From NCBI GenBank assembly GCA_964016885.1, contig OZ024743.1:99138001-99202000 (forward strand): a stretch of 64,000 nucleotides of DNA, in the 5' to 3' direction. How positions within the stretch are numbered: the first letter of the stretch is position 1; the number at the start of each line of letters is the position of its first letter. Below are positions 29,459-45,218 of this stretch, piece by piece. Under the pieces are notes generated by a model. It had not been told where the DNA came from. It searched no databases and was given only the letters and a program-made list of their open reading frames with translations. The position numbers and the translations under genes are program-made. Origin of the DNA: Eledone cirrhosa. Taxonomy: Eukaryota.

Positions 29459-32400
29459 ACACACAATATTTACAGGGCTAAGATATACTACAGACATGTT
29501 TACAGGGCTATGATATACTACATACTTGTTTACAGGGCTAAGATATACTACAAACATACTTACAGGGCTAAGATATACTACATACCTATTTACAGGGCTA
29601 AGATATACTACATACATGTTTAGAGGGCTAAGATATACTACATACATATTTACAGGGCTATGATATACTACAGACATATTTACAGGGCTAAGATATACTA
29701 CATACATATTTACAGGGCTAAGATATACTACAGACATATTTACAGGGCTAAGATATACTACATACATATTTACAGGACTAAGATATACTACACACCATAT
29801 TTACAGGGCTAAGATATACTACATACATGTTTACAGGGCTAAGATATACTACAGACATATTTACAGGGCTAGGATATACTACATACATGTTTACAGGGCT
29901 AAGATATACTACAGTAATATTTACAGGGCTAAGATATACTACAGACATATGTACAGGGCTCAGATATACTACATACATCTTTACAAGGCTAAGTTATACT
30001 ACAAACATATTTACAGGGCTAAGATATACTACAGACATATTTACAGGGCTAAGATATACTACATACATGTTTACAGGGCTATGATATACTACATACATAT
30101 TTACAGGGCTGAGATATACTACATACATGGAGACAGGGTAAGATATACTACATACATGAATAGAGGGCTAAGATATACTACAGACATATTTACAGAGCTA
30201 AGATATACTACATATATGTTTACAAGGGTAAGATATACTACAGAGATATTTACAGGGCTAAGATATACTACATAGATATTTACAGAGCTAAGATATACTA
30301 CATAGATATTTACAGAGCTAAGATATACTACAGAGATATTTACAGAGCTAAGATATACTACATACATGTTTACAAGGCTAAGATATACTACAAACATATT
30401 TACAGGGCTAAGATATACTACAGAGATATTTACAGGGCTAAGATATACTACATACATATGTACAGGGCTATGATATACTACAGACATATTTACAGGGCTA
30501 AGATATACTACAGACATATTTACAGGGCTAAGATATACTACAGACATATATACAGGGCTAATATATACTACAGACATATTTACAGGGCTAAGATATACTA
30601 CATACATATTTACAGGGCTAAGATATACTACACACCATATTTACAGGGCTAAGAAATACTACATACATGTTTAGAGGGCTAAGATATACTACAGACATAT
30701 TTACAGGGCTAGGATATACTACATACATGTTTACAGGGCTAAGATATACTACAGACATATGTACAGGGCTCAGATATACTACATACATCTTTACAAGGCT
30801 AAGTTATACTACAAACATATTTAGAGGGCTAAGATATACTACAGACATATTTACAGGGCTAAGATATACTACAGACATATTTATAGGGCTAAGATATACT
30901 ACATACATGTTTACAGGGCTATGATATACTACATACATATTTACAGGGCTGAGATATACTACATACATGGATACAGGGCTAAGATATACTACATACATGA
31001 ATGGTGGGCTAAGATATACTACAGACATATTTACAGAGCTAAGATATACTACATACATGTTTACAAGGCTAAGATATACTACAGAGATATTTACAGGGCT
31101 AAGATATACTACAGAGATATTTACAGAGCTAAGATATACTACATTACATGTTTACAAGGATATACTACAAACATACATATTTACAGGGCTAAGATATACT
31201 ACAGAGATGTTTACAGGGCTAAGATATACTACATACATATTTATAGGGCTATGATATACTACTGACATATTTACAGGGCTAAGATATAATACAGACATGT
31301 TTACAGGGCTAAGATATACTACATACATGTTTACAGGGCTAAGATATACTACAGACATATTTACAGGGCTAAGATATAATACATACATATTTACAGGGCT
31401 AAGATATACTACATACATGTTTACAGGGCTAAGATATACTACAGAGATATTTACAGGGCTAAGATATACTACAGACATATTTACAGGGCTAAGATATACT
31501 ACAGACATGTTTAGAGGGCTAAGATATACTACATATATGTATAGAGGGCTAAGATATACTACAGACATATTTACAGACCTAAGATATACTACATACATGT
31601 TTACAAGGCTAAGTTATACTACAAACATATTTAGAGGGCTAAGATATACTACAGACATGTTTAGAGGGATAAGATATACTACATACATGTATAGAGGGCT
31701 AAGATATACTACAGACATATTTACAGAGCTAAGATATACTAAATACATGTTTACAAGGCTAAGATATACTAGAAACATATTTACAGCGCTAAGATATACT
31801 ACAGAGATATTTACTGGGCTAAGATATACTACAGACATATTTACATGGCTATGATATACTACAGACATATTTACAGGGCTAAGATATACTACATATATAT
31901 ATTTACAGGGCTAAGATATAATACAGACATATTTACAGGGCTAAGATATACTACATACATGTATACAGGGCTACGATATACTACATACATGTTTACAGGG
32001 CTAAGATATACTACATACATGTTTATAGGGCTAAGATATACTACAGACATTTTTACAGGGCTAAGATATACTACATACATGTATACAGGGCTATGATATA
32101 CTACATACATGTTTAGAGGGCTAAGATATACTACATACATGTTTACAGGGCTATGATATACTACATACATGTTTAGAGGGCTAAGATATACTACATACAT
32201 GTTTACAGGGCTAAGATATACTACAAACATATTTACAGGGTAAGATATACTACAGACATATTTACAGGGCTAAGATATACTACATACATTTTTACAGGGC
32301 TAAGATATACTACAGACATATTTACAGGGCTAAGGTATACTACACACATGTTTACAGGGCTAAGGTATACTACACACATATTTACAGGGCTAAGATATAC

Positions 32401-33522
32401 TACAGACATATTTACAGGGCTAAGATATACTACGGACATGTTTACAGGGCTAAGATATGCTACATACATATTTACAGGACTAAGATACACTACGGACATA
32501 TTTACAGGGCTAAGATATACTACAGACATGTTTACAGTGCTAAGATATACTACAGACATATTTACAGGGCTAAGATATACTACAGATATATTTACATGGC
32601 TAAGATATACTACATACATGTTTAGAGGGCTAAGATATACTACAGACATATTTACAGGGCTAAGATATACTACATACATATTTACAGGGCTATGATATAC
32701 TACAGACATATTTACAGGGCTAAGATATACTACATACATATTTACAGGGCTAAGATATACTGCATAAATGTTTACAGGGCTAAGATATACTACATACATA
32801 TTTACAGAGCTATGATATACTACAGACATATTTACAGGGCTGAGATATACTACATACATGGATACAGGGCTGAGATATACTACATACATGTTTACAGGGC
32901 TAAGATATACTACATACATATTACAGAGCTAAGATATACTACACACCATATTTACAGAGCTAAGATATACTACAGACATATTTACAGGGCTAAGATATAC
33001 TACAGACATATTTACAGGGCTAAGATATACTACATACATGTTTACAGGGCTAAGGTATACTACACACATATTTGCAGGGCTAAGATATTCTACAGACATA
33101 TTTACAGAGCTAAGATATACTACATACATATTTACAGGGCTAAGATATACTACGGACATATTTCAAGGGCTAAGATATACTACAGACATGTTTACAGTGC
33201 TAAGATATACTACAAACATATTTACAGGGCTAAGATATACTACAGACATATTTACAGGGCTAAGATGTACTACATACATATTTACAGGGCTAAGATATAC
33301 TACACACCATGTTTACAGGGCTAAGATATACTACACACCATGTTTACAGGGCTAAGATATACTACGGACATATTTACAGGGATAAGATATACTACACACC
33401 ATGTTTACAGGGCTAAGATATACTACACACCATGTTTACAGGGCTAAGATATACTACACACCATGTTTACAGGGCTAAGATATACTACATACATGTTTAC
33501 AGGGCGGGCTAAGATATACTAA

Positions 33523-34955
33523 CACAAAAGACTTATGGCGAAACTCTCTGCAATGGGTGTGAGGGATGATCGTTTTAACTGGTTGAAGTCCTTCATTCTC
33601 AGTCGGAGAGAGGTAGTCACGGTTCTAGGACAGCATTCTTCACCATATGAGATGTCATCTGGTGTACCACAGGGATATGTTCGTGGCATACATTAATGAC
33701 ACAGATGGCAACTTAAAGAATGCCACAGTACTGAAATATGCAGATGACATCAAGCTGTACCTTGAAATCAAAAGGACTGATCCTGAAATCTACAACTCTT
33801 TCCTACAATCAGACCTGGACACAATGCAGCAATAGATCACAGACTGGCAACTGAAACTGGCTGTGGACAAGTGTACCACCATGCATTTTTTTGGGAAAAA
33901 CCAAGCGTCCACAAACTCCCTCCACAACACTGATATCAAGAAGTCCTCTTGTGAACGTGACCTGGGCATTACTGTCAGCAGCGATTTGCATTGGACAAAG
34001 CAGGTCTCTAAGATTGTCAAGAAGGCCGAGGGTGTCTTAGCATCACTCAGCAAGACCTTTGTTAGCCGCTCTCCAGCCATCTATTTAAAGCTGTATATAG
34101 CTATGGTACGACCACACTTGGAATTCGCATCATCAGTCTGAAACCCCTATCTTGCTCAGAACACTGACCTCCTGGAAACTGTTCAGAGACGTGCAACCAA
34201 GCACATACCCTCCATCAGACACCTACCATACCCTGAACGCCTTGCTTCCCTAGGCATGGATTCATTGAAACTCGGACGTCTGGCAATGGACTTGGTAAAC
34301 ACCCTCAAAGTTATTAACCATCTCGCCAACAACAACACTGAGCACCTTTTTGATCTCCATGTGTCTAATACACGTGGACATGCCTACAAAATCAGAAAAC
34401 AGCATATCTCCCATGACTTTCGGAAACATTTTTTCACGCTTAGAGTTGCTGAAGCATGAAACAAACTACCTGCATCAGTTGTTAGCTGCCGAGACACCGC
34501 ATCCTTTAAAACCCTCATAGAACAAACTACCTGCATCAGTTGTTAGCTGCCGAGACACTGCATCCTTTAAAACCCTCATGGAACAAACTACCTGCATCAG
34601 TTGTTAGCTGCCGAGACACCGCATCCTTTAAAACCTTCATGGAACAAACTACCTGCATCAGTTGTTAGCTGCCGAGACACTGCATCCTTTAAAACCCTCA
34701 TGGAACAAACTACCTGCGTCAGTTGTTAGCTGCTGAGACACTGCATCCTTTAAAACCCTCCTGCTTCCTGAAATTCGACAAAACTACACCTGATGTACCC
34801 CTTCCATACACATGCACACATGTGTATATCATGACTCATGCACTGTTCATTTTCCTGACTTTTGTACATTACGCTATGTACTATACATACACTTTTGATG
34901 GGATGTCGTACACCTGAGCATTGTACACAATATTTTCATTATTATTATTATTATT
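33523..34955 (+). mobile_element. CR1 fragment copy 5
   Basis: Offset +5497 from copy 4; extra TGG>TGA stop at 34457-34459. Confidence 0.93.
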
Positions 34956-37900
34956 ACACACCATATTTACAGGGCTAAGATATACTACATACATATTTAC
35001 AGGGCTAAGATATAATACAGACATATTTACAAGGCTAAGATATACTACATGTATATTTACAGGGCTAAGATATACTACATACATATTTACAGGGCTAAGA
35101 TATACTACAGACATATTTACAGGGCTAAGATATACTAGAGACATGTTTACAGGGCTAAGATATACTACAGACATGTTTACAGGGCTAAGATATACTACAG
35201 ACATATTTACAGGGCTAAGATATACTACAGACATATTTACAGGGCTAAGAAATACTACAGACATGTTTACAGGGCTAAGATATACTACAGACATGTTTAC
35301 AGGGCTAAGATATACTACAGACATGTTTACAGGGCTATGATATACTACATACTTGTTTACAGGGCTAAGATATACTACAGACATACTTACAGGGCTAAGA
35401 TATACTACATACCTATTTACAGGGCTAAGATATACTACATACATGTTTAGAGGGCTAAGATATACTACATACATATTTACAGGGCTATGATATACTACAG
35501 ACATATTTACAGGGCTAAGATATACTACATACATATTTACAGGGCTAAGATATACTACAGACATATTTACAGGGCTAAGATATACTACATACATATTTAC
35601 AGGACTAAGATATACTACACACCATATTTACAGGGCTAAGATATACTACATACATGTTTACAGGGCTAAGATATACTACAGACATATTTACAGGGCTAGG
35701 ATATACTACATACATCTTTACAAGGCTAAGTTATACTACAAACATATTTACAGGGCTAAGATATACTACATACATGTTTACAGGACTATGATATACTACA
35801 TACATATTTACAGGGCTGAGATATACTACATACATGGAGACAGGGTAAGATATACTACATACATGAATAGAGGGCTAAGATATACTACAGACATATTTAC
35901 AGAGCTAAGATATACTACATATATGTTTACAAGGGTAAGATATACTACAGAGATATTTACAGGGCTAAGATATACTACATAGATATTTACAGAGCTAAGA
36001 TATACTACAGAGATATTTACAGAGCTAAGAAATACTACATACATGTTTAGAGGGCTAAGATATACTACAGACATATTTACAGGGCTAGGATATACTACAT
36101 ACATGTTTACAGGGCTAAGATATACTACAGACATATGTACAGGGCTCAGATATACTACATACATCTTTACAAGGCTAAGTTATACTACAAACACATTTAG
36201 AGAGCTAAGATATACTACAGACATATTTACAGGGCTAAGATATACTACAGACATATTTATAGGGCTAAGATATACTACATACATGTTTACAGGGCTATGA
36301 TATGCTACATACATATTTACAGGGCTGAGATATACTACATACATGGATACAGGGCTAAGATATACTACATACATGAATAGAGGGCTAAGATATACTACAG
36401 AGATATTTACAGGGCTAAGATATACTACATAGATATTTACAGAGCTAAGATATACTACATAGATATTTACAGAGCTAAGATATACTACAGAGATATTTAC
36501 AGAGCTAAGATATACTACATACATCTTTACAAGGCTAAGTTATACTACAAACACATTTAGAGAGCTAAGATATACTACAGACATATTTACAGGGCTAAGA
36601 TATACTACAGACATATTTATAGGGCTAAGATATACTACATACATGTTTACAGGGCTATGATATGCTACATACATATTTACAGGGCTGGGATATACTACAT
36701 ACATGGATACAGGGCTAAGATATACTACATACATGAATAGAGGGCTAAGATATACTACAGACATATTTACAGAGCTAAGATATACTACATACATGTTTAC
36801 AGGGCTAAGATATACTACAGAGATGTTTACAGGGCTAAGATATACTACATACATATTTATAGGGCTATGATATACTACTGACATATTTACAGGGCTAAGA
36901 TATAATACAGACATGTTTACAGGGCTAAGATATACTACATACATGTTTACAGGGCTAAGATATACTACAGACATATTTACAGGGCTAAGATATAATACAT
37001 ACATATTTACAGGGCTAAGATATACTACATACATGTTTACAGGGCTAAGATATACTACAGACATATTTACAGGGCTAAGATATACTACAGACATATTTAC
37101 AGGGCTAAGATATACTACAGATATGTTTAGAGGGTTAAGATATACTACATATATGTATAGAGGGCTAAGATATACTACAGATATATTTACAGACCTAAGA
37201 TATACTACATACATGTTTACAAGGCAAAGTTATACTACAAACATATTTAGAGGGCTAAGATATACTACAGACATGTTTAGAGGGATAAGATATACTACAT
37301 ACATGTATAGAGGGCTAAGATATACTACAGACATATTTACAGAGCTAAGATATACTAAATACATGTTTACAAGGCTAAGATATACTAGAAACATATTTAC
37401 AGGGCTAAGATATACTACAGAGATATTTACTGGGCTAAGATATACTACAGACATATTTACATGGCTATGATATACTACAGACATATTTACAGGGCTAAGA
37501 TATACTACATATATATTTACAGGGCTAAGATATAATACAGACATATTTACAGGGTTAAGATATACTACATACATGTATACAGGGCTACGATATACTACAT
37601 ACATGTTTACAGGGCTAAGATATACTACATACATGTTTATAGGGCTAAGATATACTACAGACATTTTTACAGGGCTAAGATATACTACATACATGTATAC
37701 AGGGCTATGATATACTACATACATGTTTAGAGGGCTAAGATATACTACATACATGTTTACAGGGCTATGATATACTACATACATGTTTAGAGGGCTAAGA
37801 TATACTACATACATGTTTACAGGGCTAAGATATACTACAAACATATTTACAGGGTAAGATATACTACAGACATATTTACAGGGCTAAGATATACTACATA

Positions 37901-40900
37901 CATTTTTACAGGGCTAAGATATACTACAGACATATTTACAGGGCTAAGGTATACTACACACATGTTTACAGGGCTAAGGTATACTACACACATATTTACA
38001 GGGCTAAGATATACTACAGACATATTTACAGGGCTAAGATATACTACGGACATGTTTACAGGGCTAAGATATGCTACATACATATTTACAGGACTAAGAT
38101 ACACTACGGACATATTTACAGGGCTAAGATATACTACAGACATGTTTACAGTGCTAAGATATACTACAGACATATTTACAGGGCTAAGATATACTACAGA
38201 TATATTTACATGGCTAAGATATACTACATACATGTTTAGAGGGCTAAGATATACTACATACATATTTACAGGGCTATGATATACTACATACATATTTACA
38301 GGGCTAAGATATACTACATAAATGTTTACAGGGCTAAGATATACTACATACATATTTACAGAGTTATGATATACTACAGACATATTTACAGGGCTGAGAT
38401 ATACTACATACATGGATACAGGGCTGAGATATACTACATACATGTTTACAGGGTTAAGATATACTACATACATATTACAGAGCTAAGATATACTACACAC
38501 CATATTTACAGAGCTAAGATATACTACAGACATATTTACAGGGCTAAGATATACTACAGACATATTTACAGGGCTAAGATATACTATATACATATTTACA
38601 GGGCTAAGGTATACTACACACATATTTGCAGGGCTAAGATATTCTACAGACATATTTACAGAGCTAAGATATACTACATACATATTTACAGGGCTAAGAT
38701 ATACTACGGACATATTTCAAGGGCTAAGATATACTACAGACATGTTTACAGTGCTAAGATATACTACAAACATATTTACAGGGCTAAGATATACTACAGA
38801 CATATTTACAGGGCTAAGATGTACTACATACATATTTACAGGGCTAAGATATACTACACACCATATTTACAGGGGTAAGGTTTACTACAGACATGTTTAG
38901 AGGGCTAAGATATACTACATACATGTTTACAAGACTAAGATATACTACAAACATATTTACAGGGCTAAGATATACTACAGACATATTTACAGGGATAAGA
39001 TATACTACAGATATATTTACATGGCTAAGATATACTACATACATGTTTAGAGGGCTAAGATATACTACAGACATATTTACAGGGCTAAGATATACTACAT
39101 ACATATTTACAGGGCTATGATATACTGCAGACATATTTACAGGGCTAAGATATACTACATACATTTTTACAGGGCTAAGATATACTACATAAATGTTTAC
39201 AGGGCTAAGATATACTACATACATATTTACAGAGCTATGATATACTACAGACATATTTACAGGGCTGAGATATACTACATACATGGATACAGGGCTGAGA
39301 TATACTACATACATGTTTACAGGGCTAAGATATACTACATACATATTACAGAGCTAAGATATACTACACACCATATTTACAGAGCTAAGATATACTACAG
39401 ACATATTTACAGGGCTAAGATATACTACAGACATATTTACAGGGCTAAGATATACTACATACATGTTTACAGGGCTAAGGTATACTACACACATATTTGC
39501 AGGGCTAAGATATTCTACAGACATATTTACAGAGCTAAGATATACTACATACATATTTACAGGGCTAAGATATACTACAGACATGTTTACAGTGCTAAGA
39601 TATACTACAAACATATTTACAGGGCTAAGATATACTACAGACATATTTACAGGGCTAAGATGTACTACATACATATTTACAGGGCTAAGATATACTACAC
39701 ACCATATTTACAGGGGTAAGGTTTACTACAGACATGTTTAGAGGGCTAAGATATACTACATACATGTTTACAAGACTAAGATATACTACAAACATATTTA
39801 CAGGGCTAAGATATACTACAGACATATTTACAGGGCTAAGATATACTACACACCATATTTACAGGGCTAAGATATACTACAGACATATTTACAGGGCTAT
39901 GATATACTACAGACATATTTACAGGGCTGAGATATACTACATACATGGATATAGGGCTAAGATATACTACAGACATGTTTACAGGGCTAAGATATGCTAC
40001 AGACATGTTTATAGGGCTAAGATATACTACATACATGTTTACAGGGCTAAGATATACTACATACATATTTACAGGGCTAAGATATACTACAGACATGTTT
40101 ATAGGGCTAAGATATGCTACGTACATATTTACAGGGCTAAGATATACTACGGACATATGTACAGGGCTAAGATATACTACCCACATATTTACAGGGCTAA
40201 GATATACCACATACATGTTAACAGGGCTAAGATATACTACATACATGTATACAGGGCTATGATATACTACAGACATATTTACAGGGCTGAGATATACTAC
40301 ATACATGGATACAGGGCTAAGATATACCACATACATGTTAACAGGGCTAAGATATACTACAGACATATTTACAGGGCTAAGATATACTACAGACATGTTT
40401 ACAGGGCTAAGATATACTACATACATATTTACAGGGCTCAGATATACTCCATACCATATTTACAGGGCTATGACATACTACATACATATTAACAGGTCTA
40501 AGATATACTACAGACATGTTTCCACGGCTAAGATATACTACAGACATATTTACAAGGCTAAGATATACTACATACATGTTTACAGGGCTGAGATATACTA
40601 CAGACATATTTACAGGGCTAAGATATAGTACATACATATTTACAGGGCCAAGATGTACTACACACCATGTTTACAGGGCTAAGATATACTACTTACATGT
40701 CTACAGGGCGAAGATATACTACAGGCATGTTTACATGTTTAAGATATACTACAGACATATTTACAGGGCTGAGATATACTACAGACATATTTACAGGGCT
40801 AAGATATACTACATACATGTTTACAGGGCTAATATATACTACAAACATATTTACAAGGCTAAGATATACTACAGACATGTTTACAGGGTAAGATATACTA

Positions 40901-43900
40901 CATACATATTTACAGGGCTAAGATATACTACATACATATTTACAGGGGTAAGATTTACTACAGACATGTTTGGAGGGCTAAGATATACTACATACATGTT
41001 TACAAGACTAAGATATACTACAAACATATTTACAGGGCTAAGATATACTACAGACATATTTACAGGGCTAAGATATACTACAGACATATTTACAGGGCTA
41101 AGATATACTACATACATATTTACAGGGCCATGATATACTACAGACATATTTACAGGGCTGAGATATACTACATACATGGATACAGGGCTAAGATATACTA
41201 CATACATATTTACAGGGCTAAGATATACTACAGACATATTTACAGGGCTAATATATACTACATACATGTTTACAGGGCTAAGATGTACTACAAACATATT
41301 TACAGGGCTAAGATATACTACATACATGTTTACAGGGCTAAGATGTACTACAAACATATTTACAGGGCTAAGATATACTACATACATGTTTACAGGGCTA
41401 AGATATACTACATACATATTTACAGGGCTAAGATATACTACAGACATGTTTACAGGGCTAAGATATGCTACATACATATTTACAGGGCTAAGATATACTA
41501 CGGACATATGTACAGGGCTAAGATATACTACCCACATATTTACAGGGCTATGATATACTACAGACATATTTACAGGGCTGAGATATACTACATACATATT
41601 TACAGGGCTAAGATATACTACAGACATGTTTACAGGGCTAAGATATACTACATACATGTTTACAGGGCTAAGATATACTACAGACATATTTACAGGGCTC
41701 AGATATACTCCATACCATATTTACAAGGCTATGACATACTACATACATATTAACAGGCCTAAGATATACTACAGACATGTTTACACGGCTAAGATATACT
41801 ACAGGCATGTTTACAGGGCTAGGATATACTACATACATATTTACAGGGCCACGATGTACTACACACCATGTTTACAGGGCTAAGATATACTACTTACATG
41901 TCTACAGGGCTAAGATATACTACAGGCATGTTTACATGTCTAAGATATACTACAGACATATTTACAGGGCTAAGATATACTACAGACATATTTACAAGGT
42001 TAAGATATACTACAGACATATTTACAAGGCTAAGATATACTACATACATGTTTACAGTGTTAATATATACTACAGACATATTTACAGGACATGTTTAAAC
42101 CACTAAGATACAATCCAAATATGTTTCCACCAATAAAAACTTACTACAGACAGGCTTACTAAGACATCGTACTTACACATTTACATCACTAAGACACAAT
42201 ACAGACACGTCTATACTGCTAAAGCATACTACAAATATTTTCATACTGTAAAAACGTGCTATAGACATGGTTACACTGCTGAGATATGTTACAAATATAC
42301 TAGAGACAGGCTCAGCATGTGTTGCAAATCTATGATTTTTACTTTATTTTCTCATGAACCAACAGCCTGTTGCTGCAGATAAGAGCTATGTTTCCAGTTT
42401 AAGGAATATTAATGATGAATTTAAAGGAGTTCAATAAAAATGAATTGTTGACTTTACTACAATATAGGAAATTTATTTATCAAATCAGTTGATTAATATT
42501 ATTTTCCTGTCCTTTTCTCAGATTATATTCATTATAAATTATAAATGATTTTTGTGTGTAAATTTAAAAACAAAATGAATATCTAAAAGCCACATAGCTT
42601 CCTTTAAACATCATATTTCTTATGAAAAATTTCAATGTTAAAATGTAAAATAAAACTACCCACAGTCTTTTATAACTGCCTTTTTAGTAAATATAGTTAT
42701 TTAATAAATTTCCAACTTTTATCTGGTGGGCGATTACATTTTTTTGTTCTTTCTAGAAGCCATTTAAAACATGTTTGGCTATGCATGTAAGTAAAGATTT
42801 GAAGGCATTAGCAGCGAAAGAGGTGAAAGTTATATGTATCATTCAAATAACATAGTTCTTGCATGTTTCACTTGTACATTCAATAAGCTTTTTAAATGTT
42901 TTATTCATTATATTTTATGTTACTTTAGAAGTAACATTTTGTAAAGTACAAAGAACTGAAGAAAATAACTTCTAAACTAAAACCAGCTTCTCGTTTTGGT
43001 AAACAGCACGGAAACCTTACCATTTCAAAGATAGTATTTTCCTCATAACAATACTGACATTTTCAAACCATATAAGACAGCAGATTATATAAGAGAATTA
43101 CTGTTTGTTTCACTGCTGATGATGATCAAAGAAGAATTCAAAAGATTCTATCAGATAAATGACTAAGCTTTTATAACAAATATTTTTTTTACTCAAAGTT
43201 TACAGATTCAAAGCAATACAAGCTTTTGAGTCTAATCTTAAAGAACAAAACAATGAAATCAATAATCAATTTTGAGAAAGGATAAAGATTTTATGACTGA
43301 ATAAATTTGAAACAATTTCGTGATATCAAAGTTGAATATTCTTTAAAGGATTAAGAACTTTGTTAGATGAATAATATTATCATTGTTTTGGAAGCTATTA
43401 TATTTGATAATTTTTACTTGATTATTTGTAACATTATCTTGTCTGTTCCACTCACTTTATTTCTCCATACAAAAATTAATACATTTAGTTTACATACAGT
43501 TGTACTAAATAAATTCAAATTTAATTTAATTCAAAAATTGTTATTCATTTATAGAATCTGGATTCCTTTCTGGTTAACTGTATTTTATGAAATAATCTAA
43601 TAACGTTTGGAAGATATATTCTAGAGCAATAAAATTCTTCTATTCTGTTAAGGTGGAGAAGATGTAAATTTAAAATATGATATTGGAAGAGAAGTAATCC
43701 AGGATTACATTACTGCAAGCAATTTTATGTTATCAGTTGCAATATTATAAAACTAGTTATGCCTCAATACATGGATATATGCCAGAAAAAATGGAAGGTA
43801 GCTGGAGATTATGTGAGAGACACAGATAGAGCTAATGAGGGGAAGAAAAAAACTTACTATTAGTAAAAGGAATGATAGGTGAGAAACACATCACATAAGA

Positions 43901-44464
43901 GAGTGAGAGAGATAGCTAATGAGAATGAGAAATAAAATTACAATAGCTGATATAGAATAATAAGTTAGTGAAGAAGAAGAAAGCATAAAAAAGTTAGAAC
44001 AGTAGCTAATGAGAAAAAGAAAGCATGAAAGAAAATTTGTCACTGAGATAGATTTATTAATATATTCCTCTACAAATTCTTTTAGTTGTTATGGATAATT
44101 TTTTTTTCAAACTGATTAGCTGTCTGTTCAAATTGAATCAGCAACTGTAAACCAGATATAACTATAATATTAGTTTTATTTGGCTTGTTCTCTAGTTTTC
44201 TTTATGGGATGCCATAGTTGTAATTGTATTATGTACATAGTATATACACTACTGTCAAATGTAACCTAACATTTATAATTCTAAATAAAAGTAGCCAGAG
44301 TCAGTCAGCATTAAGCTTAATGTGCCCATTGAAAAATACCACAGCAGCAATAGCTACATTTAAGCCATGTATTTTCAACAAAACAAAGAATATTTATCCA
44401 CAACAATAATCAGATATTCTCTCGCTCTTATATATATATATCATTCTCTCTCTCTCTCTTTATA

Positions 44465-44501
<37 letters not shown>

Positions 44502-44811
44502 GTGTGTGTGTGTATGTATGTGTGGATTTATCATAATGCTCAACAGTTGGAAACAATATGGCTGGTACTGAAACTCATACAACAGACATGATGTCATCGT
44601 GACAATTGGTTGAATAGCATAAAAGATGACACAAGAAAAGTCACTAAAAAAAAAAGAGGCTGGATTGGGTGGAAGTATATGTATACCTATGAAGACAATG
44701 GTATACCATAACATGTGAGATTGCTCAATGACATTGAAACAGGTGGACACACAGAAACAAACATATATTGATTTTTGTAATCAATCAGCAAAGATATTTT
44801 TCAACAAATAA

Positions 44812-45218
44812 TAATTGTTTCTACTCTTGGCACAAGGCCAGTAATTACCCCAGTGTATTACTGGTGTTTTATTTTATTGACCCCTCCCTAAGAATGAAAG
44901 GCAAAGTTAACCTAGGTGGGATTCAAACTCAGAATGCAAAGGGCCATAACTCTATGCTGCAAAGCATCTACCAATACTGCCAATTCATCACCCTATAATG
45001 ATAATGGTTTCTGATTTAGACACAAAGCCAACAATCTTTGGGGAAGAGGAAGGTTGATTAAATCCACCCAGTACATTACTGCTATATTATTTTATCAACC
45101 CTGGAAGGATGAAAGGCAAAGTTGATCTAGATAGGATTTGAACCCAGAAAGTAAAGCCCCAGAACAAATGCTGCGATACATTTGTCCTGTGCTCTAATGA
45201 CTCAGCAAATCCCACCCT
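44812..45218 (-). mobile_element. Two adjacent family-B tRNA-derived SINE copies (~44812-44996 and ~45003-45218)
   Basis: Both contain CCCAGT..ATTACTG...ATGAAAGGCAAAGTT...GGATT(C/T)(A/G)AAC, the reverse complement of 60943-61124. Confidence 0.75.

Larger units (their letters stand above)
7365..42090. repeat. 30-bp minisatellite array, consensus GGGCTAAGATATACTACA(G/T)ACAT(A/G)TTTACA with 29/31/34-bp variants, roughly 900 monomers, interrupted by five CR1 copies
   Basis: Read directly. Monomer count estimated as (34.7 kb - 5 x 1.43 kb)/30. Confidence 0.99.

Noticed and set aside
8201-34955. Five independent site-specific LINE insertions targeting the satellite
   Set aside because: Identical truncation point, scar, stops and flanking monomer order indicate duplication of one insertion.
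7365-42090. CRISPR array or RT-linked diversity-generating system (30-bp repeats next to RT genes)
   Set aside because: Repeats are head-to-tail with no unique spacers and there are no cas genes. The RT is a dead eukaryotic CR1 fragment, and the context has spliceosomal introns.
7313-42106. Dozens of ORFs of MFTGLRYTTD, HIYRAKIYYR and MSVVYLSPVN repeats as a repetitive protein gene
   Set aside because: A 30-bp unit that is stop-free in three frames generates these automatically. They overlap on both strands and are broken at random by 29/31/34-bp monomers.
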